From Octopus sinensis (lineage: Eukaryota), in assembly GCF_006345805.1 (NCBI RefSeq), contig NC_043006.1, positions 11,346,001-11,410,000 on the forward strand: a stretch of 64,000 nucleotides of DNA, read 5' to 3'. Shown in pieces: positions 39,129 to 52,460 of the stretch. Numbering within the stretch: the first letter of the stretch is position 1; every line of letters begins with the position of its first letter. The notes under the pieces are model-generated. The model was not told the DNA's origin. It did no database searches and saw only the letters and a list, made by a program, of their open reading frames with translations. The position numbers and the translations under genes were made by a program.

Positions 39129-41166
39129 TGAAATGCGTTTTTACCGCTTGGTTCGCTTTCAATGCCACTACATCCCGTCCGATTCGCTCCAAAATTTACA
39201 GGGACACGTAGAATGAGGTGACGATGCGCGTGGGCTACCTTACAAATCCCTATCTTAAAAGGTGTGGTTGCTAGGGGCCATCTTCCTACCTCACCCTATT
39301 TCCTCCAGTACTCTGTCACTCCTCTTCATTTGACAATGCAACTACCGTTATTTAATGTAAAGTCTTCCTCAAATCACTCTGTCGCGATTTACTCTCTTCC
39401 AAGAACATTTTCACTCACTCTTATCTCTTACCTTCCTATACATTTTACTCATGTATCTATCAGCGTTCATGGACAGTAACAAATATTACATCGCCATCCC
39501 CATCCCCATCGCATTCTATTGTCTACCTGTCAACACACATATATATACATATATCTAATATTATAGTTTTATTTTTGTTTTTTTTACTGTTTCATTTCCC
39601 TATTAGTGGTTTTATCTCTAATTTAATTTCTACAGCGTGCACACACACACACACACACACACCTATATGTGGCCCCAGTACACCCGAATGAAATCGGGTT
39701 CTCTTCATCAAAATGTGAAAAGGGGTCTACAATTATCATCGCCACAACTTATGTATGTCTTCCTCACTCACTCTTTTTCCTAATGATAATTATCATCGCC
39801 ACCACCAACACACAATCGGGACAATCTTTCTCTTATAACAAATCATGTTTACATTGCAACGACGTCTGCCACCTCCGCCGTCTCTATTTATTCTGCAAAT
39901 GACCAGAACTCGGGAAACTTGGTTTAGTGTTCTATGGTCTATGACCAGAACTCGGGAAACTTGCTTGAGTGTTCTATGGTCTATGACCAGAACTCGGGAA
40001 ACTTGCTTGACTGTTCTATGGTCTATGACCAGAAATCGGGAAACTTGGTTGAGTGTTCTATGGTCTATGACCAGAACTTGGGAAACTTGGTTGAGTCCTC
40101 ATCTTATAAAATGTGGCCCCAGTACACCCAAATGAAATCGGGTTATATTAACCAAAAGGTGAAAAGGGGTATAAATGGGGCTGGAAGGGGATTAAAATTT
40201 AAAGGAGCGGGTGTTTAGCAATTCTCTGTTACATCAAGCTAAAAAATTTCCTCCAGCCTTTTAATCGTCAATGTGTTGCCGTCCATGATGAAGAAGTTTT
40301 GAATGCTTGCCATCGTGAGTCTACTGTCGTGAGAAAGAATCAAGTCAAAACTTGGTTTTTAGGGATTTTCTTTTACATCAAGTTCAAAATTTTACGCCAG
40401 CCGTTGAACTGTCAATACGTTGCTATCCGTCGTTAAGAAATGCCAGCCATGGTGACTCTACTATCCTCAAAGTCTATCCCTTCAAACTTTGGTTTCCAAT
40501 ATTTTATTATTTTTATTCAGCTCGCAAGTTCGTCTGTCCCTTTTAAATGTTAGTGTTTTCCTGTCTGTCTTGAAGCAGACCTTTCCTTTGTAACTGCCTG
40601 ATATTTATGATTGATCTTTCTAAATATTTTATTTCTCAACTTACTCAAGATCTTTTGTTGTTTATAAATGGGAGAGAGATAGATGAAGATAGAGAGTAAG
40701 AGATAGCGAGGGAGAGTCCGAGAGAAAGGAAGAGTAAGAGAGTGGGAAAGTGAGAGAGAAAGGAGAAAGAAACAAAGAGGGAGAATCATCATCATCATCA
40801 TCATCGTTTAACGTCCGTTTTCCGTGCTAGCACGGGTTGGACAGTTTGACAGGGGTCTGGGAAGCCAGGAGGCTGCACCAGGCTCCAGTCTGATCTGGCA
40901 GTGTTTCGACAGGTGGATGCCCTTCCTAACGCCAACCACTCTGTGAGCGTAGTGGGTGCTTTTTTCGTGCCGCCTGCACAGGTGCCAGGGGGGCTGGCAG
41001 CGGCCACGTTCGGTTGGTGCTTTTTACGTGCCACCAGCACAGAAGCCAGTCAAGGCGGCGCTGCAATCTGCCACGTTCGGATGGTGCTTTTTACGTGCTG
41101 AAAGGAAGCAACAGAAAGTAACAACCACACTCTTACCCGCGCGTAGAGCGGGTCACCTTCAGCTAG
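39115..41166 (+). mobile_element. Helitron-like element containing a 42-bp tandem repeat and a nested LINE 3' UTR
   Basis: TATAAAA..ccgattcgctccaaaattt 5' signature; 3' ACCCGC-gcgtaga-GCGGGT hairpin followed by CTAG|T at 41166. That both ends belong to one element is inferred. Confidence 0.55.
39899..40097. repeat. 42-bp tandem repeat x~4.7
   Basis: ATGACCAGAACTCGGGAAACTTG(C/G)TTGAGTGTTCTATGGTCT units. Confidence 0.9.
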
Positions 41167-41174
41167 TATATATA

Positions 41175-41345
41175 TATAATCAAAATAAGCAACAAGGATA
41201 TCCAAAGGTAGTGTACACTACACTACCTTTGGATATCCTTGTTGCTTATTTTGATTATAATCACCTTATTTTAAATTATATGGATAATACCATACCAAAT
41301 TCTGGTGCCTTTAACTTAAGTACCATATTCATCTGAATCTAACTT
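41175..41345 (+). mobile_element. Penelope pLTR fragment with perfect 41-bp fold-back
   Basis: Arms 41175-41215 / 41219-41259; downstream sequence homologous to 61817-61945. Confidence 0.6.
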
Positions 41346-42929
41346 TTTGCTGAACTTATATATATGTGTGTGTGTATGTGTGTGCATGTTTCACACACAC
41401 ACGTATATTCTTTTTATTTTGTTTGTTTCAGTCATTTGACTGCAACCATGCTGGAGCACCACCTTTAGTCAAACAAATCAATCCCAGGATTTATTCTTTG
41501 TAAGCCTAGTACTTATTCTATCGGTCTCATTCATTGAACCGCTAAGTTATGGGGGACATGAACACACCAGCACCAGTTGTGAAGTGATGGTGGGGGGACA
41601 AACACAGACACACAAACATACATATTATGACAGGCTTCTTTCAGTTTCCATCTACCAAATCCACTCACAAGGCTTTGGTCGACCCAAGGCTATAGTAGAA
41701 GACACTTGCCCAAGGTGCCATGCAGTGGGATTGAACCTAGAACCATGTGGTTGGTAAGCAAGCAACTTATCACACAGCTACTCCTATGCATATATATAAA
41801 CATACATATACATAGACAGATAGATAGATAGATACAAACACACACACACAAATATATTTAAATAGAGCATAAAATACAGAATACTAAGAAAAGAATACAT
41901 AATTTAACTCAACAGCTGTTTCAGGAAGCTCAGAGTTATATAATATTTATAGTATTTATAATTTGCAGATGGAATATGCAAAAAGTCTGGGCCATGCAAC
42001 CAGTAAACAATTGCACTTAGTAGTCTGTATCTTTCATGCTCTAATGTGTGTGTGCGTGTGTTTATGTTTATCCGCATCATTACCAATAATATATATATAC
42101 ATATATATGCAGGTATTTAAGTCCATGTCCACTCTATGCCAGCATGGAACGAAAGATGTTAAAAGAACAATACTGGGCTAGTTGCGCATACTAGATTTTT
42201 AATCAGCTCAGCAGCTAGTCACAACATGTGGTTGGCTGCGTGTAGCAGCCACTGAAAAAGCCTGTAATAGGCTGAAATGCATCTGGTGCTAGCAGGATGA
42301 ATTTCCTTCTTTCTCCTCATTCTATAAAGGAAGTGCCAATCTCTGAAAGTGGATGGAACACATGGAAGTGGGAGACCCAGGAAGACATGTGATGAAGTAC
42401 TGAAGAACAAACAACCACAGAAGAATTAACCTTTCAGGCAAGATGATAAAGGACCAAGGTACCTGGCACCTGGCCATACTCAAAAAGACCCGTACTCTGC
42501 ATCAAAAGTTTTAAGACCAATCCTTCTAGGGGTGTAAAACAGTCATGGTGGTGCCGCATAAAGGAACGCAGCCATAGAAACCATGCCATGTCATACTGGA
42601 GTCTGGTGCAGGAGCCCCAGCCCCACTGCCTGCTTGCCAGCTCTGGTCACACCATTCAACCTATGCCAGCATGGACAGTAGACATTAAATAATGACATGT
42701 ACATACATGTGTTTGTGTCACCTTGTCTTGACATCAAGTGATAATTGTAGGTGACAGTCAGCATCATACAAGCAGTAGTGTTCATTTCTTGTCCTCCATG
42801 AAAAACATGCCTGACCAGAGGGAAATATTACCTTACTTATATATATTCAGGTAAGGGTGGGTAACAAGAGGGGGCTTCTGGCCATAGAAAAATCCGAATT
42901 CCAACATGGAACAAGGGACAGTAAAACAA

Positions 42930-43632
42930 TATCGCTAAAATTGTCAAGAAGGCTGAGGGTGTCTTGGCATCACTCACCAAATCCTTTGTGAGCCGCTCTC
43001 CGGCTATCTATCTGCAGCTTTATATAGCTATGGTAAGACCTCACCTGGAATTTGCATCACCGGTCTGGAACCCCTATCTTGCCCAGGACATCAATCGTCT
43101 GGAAGCTGTTCAGCGACGTGCAACCAAAAGAATACCCTCCATCAGGCATTTGCCATATCCTGAACGCCTTAGTCCCCTGGGCATGGACACATTGAAACTC
43201 CGATATCTGGCAGCTGACTTGGCAGACACCCATAAAATTATCAACCATCGCACAAACAATAACTCTGAGCACCTCTTCAAACTCCACCCATCTAACACCC
43301 GTGGACATATTTACAAAGTCAGAAAACAGCACAGCTCCCATGACTTCAGGAAACATTTTTTCACGCTGAGAGTTGCTGAAGCATGGAACAAACTGCCGGC
43401 ATCGGTTGTTAGTTGTCGGAGCACTGCATCCTTCAAAACTTCCATGCTTCCTGAGATTCGCCAACACTACACTTGATTTTCTCCCCTCCATACACACACA
43501 AGCATGTATCTGACTCATACATTGTTCGCTTTCCAGACACTTCTACATTACTGCATATGCTTTATATGCACTTTTGACAAGTTGTGGTGCACCTGAGCAC
43601 TGTATACAATAATTTCATTATATTATATTATG
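42930..43632 (+). mobile_element. CR1-type LINE 3' end (5'-truncated)
   Basis: LYIAMVRPHLEFASPVWNPY...LEAVQRRATKRI...TRGH..K...RKHFFTLRVAEAWNKLP; 3' UTR ending in (ATT)n. A second 3' UTR copy lies at ~7925-8095. Confidence 0.9.
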
Positions 43633-44336
43633 AGTCTGCAAGTCACTTCATGGCTTTGTGGAACAAGCACAAAACTTGTTTGATACATTAGAGGTCAATC
43701 AAAAATGTCCCACATAAAGAAAACATTTAACTTACACTTTCACTGCAGTAAAATGGGTTGTTGTTTTTTTTTTGTTTTGTTTTCTTTTTTGCTTCTTTTT
43801 GTTTTTCTTCTGACCTTCAAAAATGTCTAACTTCACAAGATTCCTTTTTTTTTTCTAACCAAATCTGAGTTTAAACAAGCACAATACCAATTTCAATTTT
43901 AGTAGCAATAACTCTGAATTTAAATGACATACAAGAGAAGCAATTACAGTGAATGACTTTATGTATTCTAAATATTTTCTCACAGCAGCTTTTAGGTGAC
44001 TGAATTTTACTTCCTCAATGGAAAAATTCTGGATCATAAAATACAAACATAATTTTATATAAAAATCCTTTATTGAACTACCATAATTTTATATAAAAAA
44101 CCCTTTATTAAACTACCATAATTTTATATAAAAAACCCTTTATTAAACTATGTTCCTTTCCCTAAATTAGTATATATCAATATATTAAAAAAAAAAAAAA
44201 AGATTATTTTATTAAATTTCAAGTCGTAGTAAATTTGAAAATAAATTCACACAGACAAGTCTGTTCTAGTTAGGAAAACAAAGATCGCAAAAAGGTGGGT
44301 TTTTCCCTTCTTAATTTGAAATATTAATTGTTATAG

Positions 44337-44349
44337 GTTACCTAGTAAC
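44337..44349. promoter_or_regulatory. RFX X-box (GTTACCTAGTAAC), candidate SPAG1 regulatory element
   Basis: Matches GTNRCC-N-RGYAAC. Lies in non-repetitive DNA ~75 bp from a minus-strand donor (GAG|gtaac at 44424) that could end a 5' UTR exon of SPAG1. Confidence 0.45.
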
Positions 44350-45479
44350 TGAATATTTTATGAGGACACCCAACTTGCTTATTAGAAGAACATGTCCGTA
44401 CGAGAAACAGACAGGTGTTGTTACCTCCTCTTTTACAACCACCAGTTGAAATCTCTCAAACATAATAATGTTTCTTCACTGTTGCAGTGAAATCTTTAAT
44501 AAAAACCCTCCAAGACCCTAACTACTCTTAGAATAATGAAATTTAGAGAACTAAATAAGGATGATGATGGTGTATGTCGGAAAGTGACACACAATTACAA
44601 AGACGCAGTCTCCGATAATTTGACATTGTTTAATAATAACGATTTCCTAATTTTTAGGGGTGTTTTGTTTTTTTTTGCAGAAAAGGGACAGATCTACCGA
44701 AATGAATCCCAATATATGCCTGCTACTCATAGTATCGATCTCTAGAACAATAAAAATCCAAGTACATCCTTGATAAGATAGGCACAAGGTCCATTATTCT
44801 TTACAGAAACACTCTAGTCGATTAAATGGCATCTATATATGTCTATATCGTATATTTAGACATACTTATTTGCTCGAACCGTAGACAGATGAAAGGTAAG
44901 ACTTGAAAGACAGAACGTAGAAGATGGAAATTAAATTGCTGCAAGACAATGCAATCAGGTGCTTTACATCGCTTCCAACAGGACGGGGGCCATTTTTTTA
45001 AATAACCATACACAAGAGCTTAAATTTCAAGCATAATACACAAAATCATAACCCTTCAAACACACAAAAACGCAATATATACTAAATGTACGTCTTGTAA
45101 AATTGCTAGGTAATGTTAAATGGCCATTGCTGTTATACTAAAATCATATATTAACCACGTGTTTACATTATAGCCCTTATGTTGAGTCATAGTTGTAGTA
45201 GCAGCCTCATTTACAGGCGTTTAATGTTCTCCGTTCTCCTATGATTTTACCTTCTCTTCGAATCAGCTGGTTATTTGGCTAATTCCATAAACATTACTAC
45301 AACATAAAAAACAGCCATGGATTTCTTTCGTCCACCTTTTTTCTCTCTACTTGACATAAATATTCCTTCGACTGCTATTAAATCACATCTAAACGGTCGA
45401 CTAAATTTTAGTATGAAAGCCAGTACGGAGAATAAATATTAAAAATGAAAAACGCTTTTTCAACTTCGTATCTATATAT

Positions 45480-45511
<32 letters not shown>

Positions 45512-45522
45512 CATAAATAATA

Positions 45523-45831
45523 GGTACTACTTGAGAACAGTGGTCCCGGTGCGCGCACTCGCGTAGTCGCGCATCCGGGCTAGCTAGTCGTAAGTAGTCG
45601 ATCCTACAACAACTACCTAGCAAAGTAAATAAAACACAAAATATATAATTTTTTTTTACACAAAGTAAATAATTTTTGTTTAAGAAAGTAAATAAAACAC
45701 AAAAACACGAAGTAAATAATTTTTTTAAACAAAACAAATAACACAAAAACACAGAGTAAGGATCGACTAGTCAGGACTAGCTAGCGCGGATGCGCGACTA
45801 CGCGAGTGCGCGCACCGGGACCACTGTTCTC
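45523..45831. mobile_element. Second copy of the CpG-rich Merlin-like MITE, right terminus clipped
   Basis: ~72-bp TIRs GAGAACAGTGGTCCCGGTGCGCGCACTCGCGTAGTCGCGCATCCG...; starts GGTACTAC. Confidence 0.8.
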
Positions 45832-45936
45832 TTCGACTACTATTAAATCGCATCTAAATAAATGGTCGAATAAATTCCAGTATCAAAGCCAGAACGAAAA
45901 ATAAATATCAAAAATGAAAACGCTTTTTAACTTCGT

Positions 45937-46410
<474 letters not shown>

Positions 46411-47024
46411 TAAATAATAATGAAGTGATCGATGTATATTTCGTTATAGGTCTTCCTACTTAAAAGCTTTTAAATGGAAATTGAGATATTGCCATTCGTG
46501 ATCTTTTAACATCGACAAAAAAAGACAATTGTATAAACTTTACATTTAAACAATTGATTTCGAAGTCTGCCGTAAGATATCCAACAGATTTCACTTTATA
46601 TTAATTACATATTTAACCATTTTCATTTAATTATCTATTATTTTGGCAAATATTAATTGCAAAAAACCCATTGATTGGTGTTTTACAAGTGTTGATCATG
46701 TTTATATATTCATAAAAGACTGTAATTTTTTATTATTATTTTTTTTTTGGTAATTACGAGAAACCCCAGTCCTCGTCAGGCTTTCGATCAGTACCGGTTT
46801 CGATCACGTATCGATATTATAGGCACGCGAATGAGAGAGAGAGAGAGGTGTGTGTGTGTGTGTGTGTGCGGGGACTGATGTCAACACGATAATGTTCCTG
46901 CGAAAACGGAGACAAGCTCGAGATATTTATATGGTAATACAAAAACATCATCACATGAAGGCTTAAAATAACTGAAAACTGTTATTGAAAAGCTGTATAA
47001 TACACACACACACATATATATGTG

Positions 47025-47055
<31 letters not shown>

Positions 47056-47939
47056 GTGTATATGTGTCTGTATGCGAATGAAAATATGTACATACAGATA
47101 GATACATAGAGATAGACAGATAGATGTATATAGATATATAGATGTATATATAAAGATAGATAGATAGATAGATAGACAGATAGATGTATATAGATATATA
47201 GATAGATGTAGACAGATGTATATAGATAGATAGATAGATGTATATAGATAGATAGATAGATAGATAGATAGATGTATATAGATAGATAGATGTAGATAGA
47301 CGGATAGATGTACATAGATATAGATAGACAGATAGATAGATGTACATAGATGGATGGATACATATGCATATTAAAGATTTGTGTATTTACGTATGTAATG
47401 CGTATATATATATATAGACAAATAAATGAGTGTGCGTTCAAGTAGCAAACGAATCTTGTCTACAAAGCATTAGTTCAGGGACATTAGCATCCATACATAC
47501 ATATATATATATATATAAGTAAATATGAAAACGATAGTATTTTTTAAAATACCATCGCTAGCAGCTGATATATACATAAATATATATATATATATGTGTG
47601 TGTGTGTATGTATATATATACAGTTAATTTTTTTTTAACGCTGCTAATCTTAAGAACAGTTGATTAGATTACGGGGTTAATCCTATTTGCATATATGCAT
47701 AGACATGACTTCTTCCAAATCTCACACACCCCGCTCGGATTATACTTACTTAATAAATGAAGAATCGTTTCTGCAGGTGAAAATATTACAAAGGTGTAAA
47801 AAAAAAAATAAAAACAGTTCAGGAATGACAAGAAGACAACAGCTTCGTTATTATAGAACAGAGAAGAGAAGAGAACATTGGAAGGTTAGTAATGGGGCGA
47901 CAACTGTTGTTGGACAAATAAGTTTCGATAGTTGTGGAT

Positions 47940-50900
47940 AGAGAGGTAGGAGAGAGACGGCTAGATATAGTATGTATTTAGAGAGAGGAGGAGGAGGATG
48001 AAAGAACGATATAGTATAGAGAGAGGTTGAGGGGAAAGAGAGAAAGAGTAACGGGAGAGGAAGATCTGATAGAGAGAGACGGCTAGATATAGTATGTATT
48101 TAGAGAGAGGAGGAGGAGGATGAAAGAACGATATAGTATAGAGAGAGGTTGAGGGGAAAGAGAGAAAGAGTAACGGGAGAGGAAGATCTGATAGAGAGAG
48201 AGGGAATAGAGAGACGGCTAGATATAGTATGTATATATAGAGAGAGAGGAGGAGGATGAGAGAAAGATACAGTATAGAGGGAGGTTGAGGGGAAAGAGAG
48301 AAAGAGTAACGGGAGAAGAAGATTTGATAGAGAGAGAGACGGCTAGATATAGTATGTATATATAGAGAGGAGGAGAATGAAAGACAGATATAGTATAGAG
48401 AGAGGTTAAGGGGAAAGAGAGAAAGAGTAACGGGAGAGGAAGATTTGATAGGGAAAGAGGGAAGAGAGAGACGGCTAGATATAGTATATATATATAGAGA
48501 GAGAGAGAGAGGAGGAGGATGAGAGAGAAGGAGGAGGAAAGACAGATATAATATAAAGGGAGGTTGAGGGGAAAGAAGGATGTAGTATAGAGAGAGGTTG
48601 AGGGAAAAGAAAGATGTGGTAGAGAGAGAAAGAGTAAGGGGGAGAGGAAGATATGATAGAGAGACGGTATAGTGAGATGGAAGGATGAAAAATATAGTAT
48701 ATATATAAAGAGAGGAGGAGGATGAAAGACAGATATAGTATAGAGGGAGGTTGAGGGGAAAGACAGATGTGGTAGAGAGAGAAAGAGCAACGGGAGAGGA
48801 AGATTTGATAGAGAGAGACGGCTAGATATAGTATATATATAGAGAGAGAGGAAGATATGATAGAGAGACGGGAAAGGAAGATTTGGTATAGAGAGAGGGA
48901 AGGATGAAAGATATGGTATATATATAGAGAGAGAGGGGAGGAGGATGAAAGACAGATATAGTAGAGAGAGGGATTGAGGGGGGAAGAAAGATGTGGTAGA
49001 GAGAGAAAGAGTAAGAGGAGAGGAAGATATGATAGAGAGACAGGAAAGGAAGATTTGGTATAGAGAGAGGGAAGAATGCAAGATATAGTATATATATATA
49101 GAGAGAGAGACGGAGGATGAAAGGCAGATATAGTATAGAGAGAGGTTGAGGGGAAAGACAGATGTAGTAGAGAGAGAAAGAGGAGAGGAAGATATGGTAT
49201 AGAGAGATGGAAGATATAGTTTACAGAGAGGGAAGGAAGAAAGATATGATAGAGAAGAGCAAGGGGGAGAGGAAGATATGGTAGAGAGTGAAGGGAAAGG
49301 AAGATATGGTATAGAGAGTGAAGGGGAAGGGAAAATACTGAGGAGAGAGGGGAGACAGATTATGCATAGAGAGGGTGAGCAAGAAGTGATATATGAGAGA
49401 GAAAAAGATATGGTATAAAGAGAGAGTGAGGGGGAAAGGAAGATATGATATACTGAGGGAGGAAGAGTAAGATTTGATGTGTGTATGTGTGTGTAGATAG
49501 AAAGAAAGATGCGGAATAAAATGAGTACTAATAGAGGGAGAGGGGGGATATGCGAATTGGTGCACAGAGAGAGAGAGAGGGAGGATATGAGAATTGCAGG
49601 AAAGAAAAGAGAGATAGAAGATAGAGAGGGAGAGAAAGAGATAATGGGTGGTGGAATGAGAGAGAGAAAGAGACAATGGGTGATGGAATGAGAGAGAGAG
49701 AGATAATGGGTGATGGAATAAGAGAGAGAGAGAGCGAGAGATGATGAGAATATGGTGGAGGGAGAGAGAGAGAGAGAAAGATAGGTGATGAATGCTTGAT
49801 AGGAGAGAGAGAGAGTGAGGGTGGGTTGTGACTATATGATGGGAAAGATGAAGAGAAAGAAAGACAGGTGTTGATTATAAATGATAAGGAGAGAAAAAGA
49901 GGAAAAGAAAGTGATTATATGATAGGTAGAGAGAGAGAGAGAGAATAGGAAGAGAGAGTGATACTTGTATGATAGAGAGAGAGAGAGAAAGAGAGGAAGA
50001 GAGAATGATACTTGTATGACAGGGAGAGAGAGAGAGGGAAGAGATGAGTGAAGTTTGTATGATAGAGATAGAGAGGAAGATAAAGGATTATATGAAGAGA
50101 AGACAGATTAAGAGAGAGAGAGCAGTGGGAGGAAAATGAAAGTGAGGATTATATAAGGGAGAGAGGAACAACAAGTGTTGGATGACAGAGAGAGAAAGAG
50201 TGTGTGATGGAGAGTGAGAGAGGGGGGATGATTATATGAGGAAAAGAAAGAGAAAAGGCAAGAATAAAGAAATGAGAAAGAGATAGGGTGTAGGTGATAA
50301 AATAGAGAGAGGAAGATGTAATCAGTGAGAGTAAGAGTAGGAGTATGAGAGAGAGGGTGAGAGAGTGAGAGAGTTAGAGGGAGAGAGTGAGAGAGAGACA
50401 TAGAGTGTGAGAGAGAGATAGAGAGTGAGAGAGAGATAGAGAGTGAGAGAGAGACAGAGAGTGAGACACAGAGTGAGAGAGAGAGAGTGAGAGGGAGAGA
50501 GTGAGAGAGAGAGACAGAGAGAGAAATTGAGTAAGGCTGATGGGCAGGAGAGAGATAATGAGAGATGTGACAAGGGAGGTTTTATATGGGAGAGAAAAGA
50601 GAATGAGAGTAAGGAGAGAAGAAGAGTAACAGATGCGTTCAGCAGTAGATGGAGAGAGAATAAGATATGAGAAAGGGGAGAGAGAAAGTGAAAGATGAGA
50701 GGGCAATAAGAGAGACTAAAATCTGAGAGAGAGAGGAAGAAGAGAGCAAGAAGAAGTAAAGAACTAAGGTGAGAGAGAGGAAAGACTTAAGATATTACAT
50801 GAAGAAAAGGATGGAGTGAGATTGTAAGAGAGAGAGAGAGGGAAAGACAGAGAGAGATGGGGAGACAGAAAGAGAGGAGGGAGACAGGGAGTATACAAGG

Positions 50901-51150
50901 TCATACATAGGAGAAAGAGTGAAAGGTGAGCTTTGGAGGAAGAAAAGAGGTCGATAGAAATAACAAGGTATTGTGTGAAAGAGATGAGCAGGTGAGTCAC
51001 GGCGGAAGATGAGAGTGTGAGGAACTTCACAAAGTATATCTGAGAAAAGGAGAAAATGATAGATGGATTGATATGACAAGGTGGGAGATGGCAGCGGGGT
51101 GGGGAAACGGTGAGAATAGCAGAAAGAGGTAAGAGATAGAGAGGGAAACA
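47940..51150. repeat. ~3.2-kb purine-rich (GA)n-derived complex satellite
   Basis: Strong A/G strand bias; exact ~122-bp tandem duplication at ~47951-48195 and degenerate units downstream. Confidence 0.85.
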
Positions 51151-51174
51151 CTTGATGATATCATGCAAAAAAAA

Positions 51175-51772
51175 GGCGGCGAGCTGGCAGAATCGTTAGC
51201 ACGCCGGGCGAAATGCTTAGCGGTATTTCGTCTGCCGCTACGTTCTGAGTTCAAATTCCGCCGAGGTCGACTTTGCCTTTCATCCTTTTGGCATCGATTA
51301 AATAAGTACCAGTTACTTACTAGGGTCGATGTAATCGACTTAATCCCTTTGTCTGTCCTTGTTTGTCCTCTCTGTGTTTAGCCCCTTGTGGGTAGTAAAG
51401 AAATAGGTATTTTGTCTGCCGCTACGTTCTGAGTTCAAATTCCGCTGAGGTCAACTTTGCCTTTCATCCTTTCGAGGTCGATTAAATAAGTACCAGTTAA
51501 TACTAGGGTCAATGTAATCGACTCAATCCATTTGTCTGTCCTTGTTCGTCCCCTCTGTGTTTAGCCCCTTGTGGGTAGTAAAGAAATAGGTATTTCGTCT
51601 GCCGCTACGTTCTGAGTTCAAATTCCGCCGAGGTCGACTTTGCCTTTCATCCTTTCGGGGGTCGATTAAATAAGTACCAATTACACACTGGGGTTGATAT
51701 AATTGACTTAATCCATTTGTCTGTCCTTGTTTGTCCCCTCTGTGTTTAGCCCTTGTGGGTAGTAAAGAAATA
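51175..51772 (+). mobile_element. tRNA-like SINE (family C) as a head-to-tail trimer
   Basis: Head ggcggcgagctggcagaatcgttag, B-box gagttcaaattcc; body repeated three times (183-184 bp period); 15-bp TSD GATATCATGCAAAAA. Monomers at 10517-10747(-), 26907-27142(-), 61957-62188(-); dimer at 55517-55935(-). Confidence 0.8.
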
Positions 51773-51785
51773 GATATCATGCAAA

Positions 51786-51817
<32 letters not shown>

Positions 51818-51938
51818 AGAAAGAAAGAAATAAAGAAAGGGTGATCTGAAACTGGAAAGTCTTTGCCAAGAGATGTGCAGAGAGGAGAGAAATAGTGAAA
51901 GTGAGGTAATATATGTGTTTGTGTAAAACCACAACTAA

Positions 51939-52460
51939 TCTTCTAATATATAAAATCCGTTCTGTCTGTCTGTGTGTGTGTCTTCTAGGATCTCGGGCAT
52001 CCTCCATCCGATTGCACTCAAATTTGATATGTAAATACCGACGATATCAGGGCATGTATAAGTCTGGAAAAAATTACAAAAATCGATTCCAGGTGAGAAT
52101 GCGATCGATAAAGCCATGGGAACGTGCATTTGTATGCGCAAGTACATCAGCTGTTGCAATCGATACTACGCATACGCGAGAAAAATGCACATGCAGTTTG
52201 TGCAAAAAAAGCCGGCTGGCTTGAAATAATGCCACAAAATGCAATATATTTAAGAGACCAAAAAAACAAATTTGGTTTAAATGTTTGACAACTCAGCACC
52301 ATCCATTGGATGGGGGGAGGGTCGTTTTGCTCGTCTTATATACATCCTCTGTCTCACATTTGATAAGGAAGAAAACGAGGATTGAATCTTGCACAACTTC
52401 AGTGTTCGTTACAATTGTTTCGGTACCACCTCGTTTCTAATTAAATTGCATGTAAATTAT
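51939..52460 (+). mobile_element. Helitron-like 5' fragment
   Basis: A|TCTTCTAATATATAAAA-tctgtctgtc-...ccgattgcactcaaatttg, typical of non-autonomous Helitron 5' ends; no clear 3' end. Confidence 0.5.
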
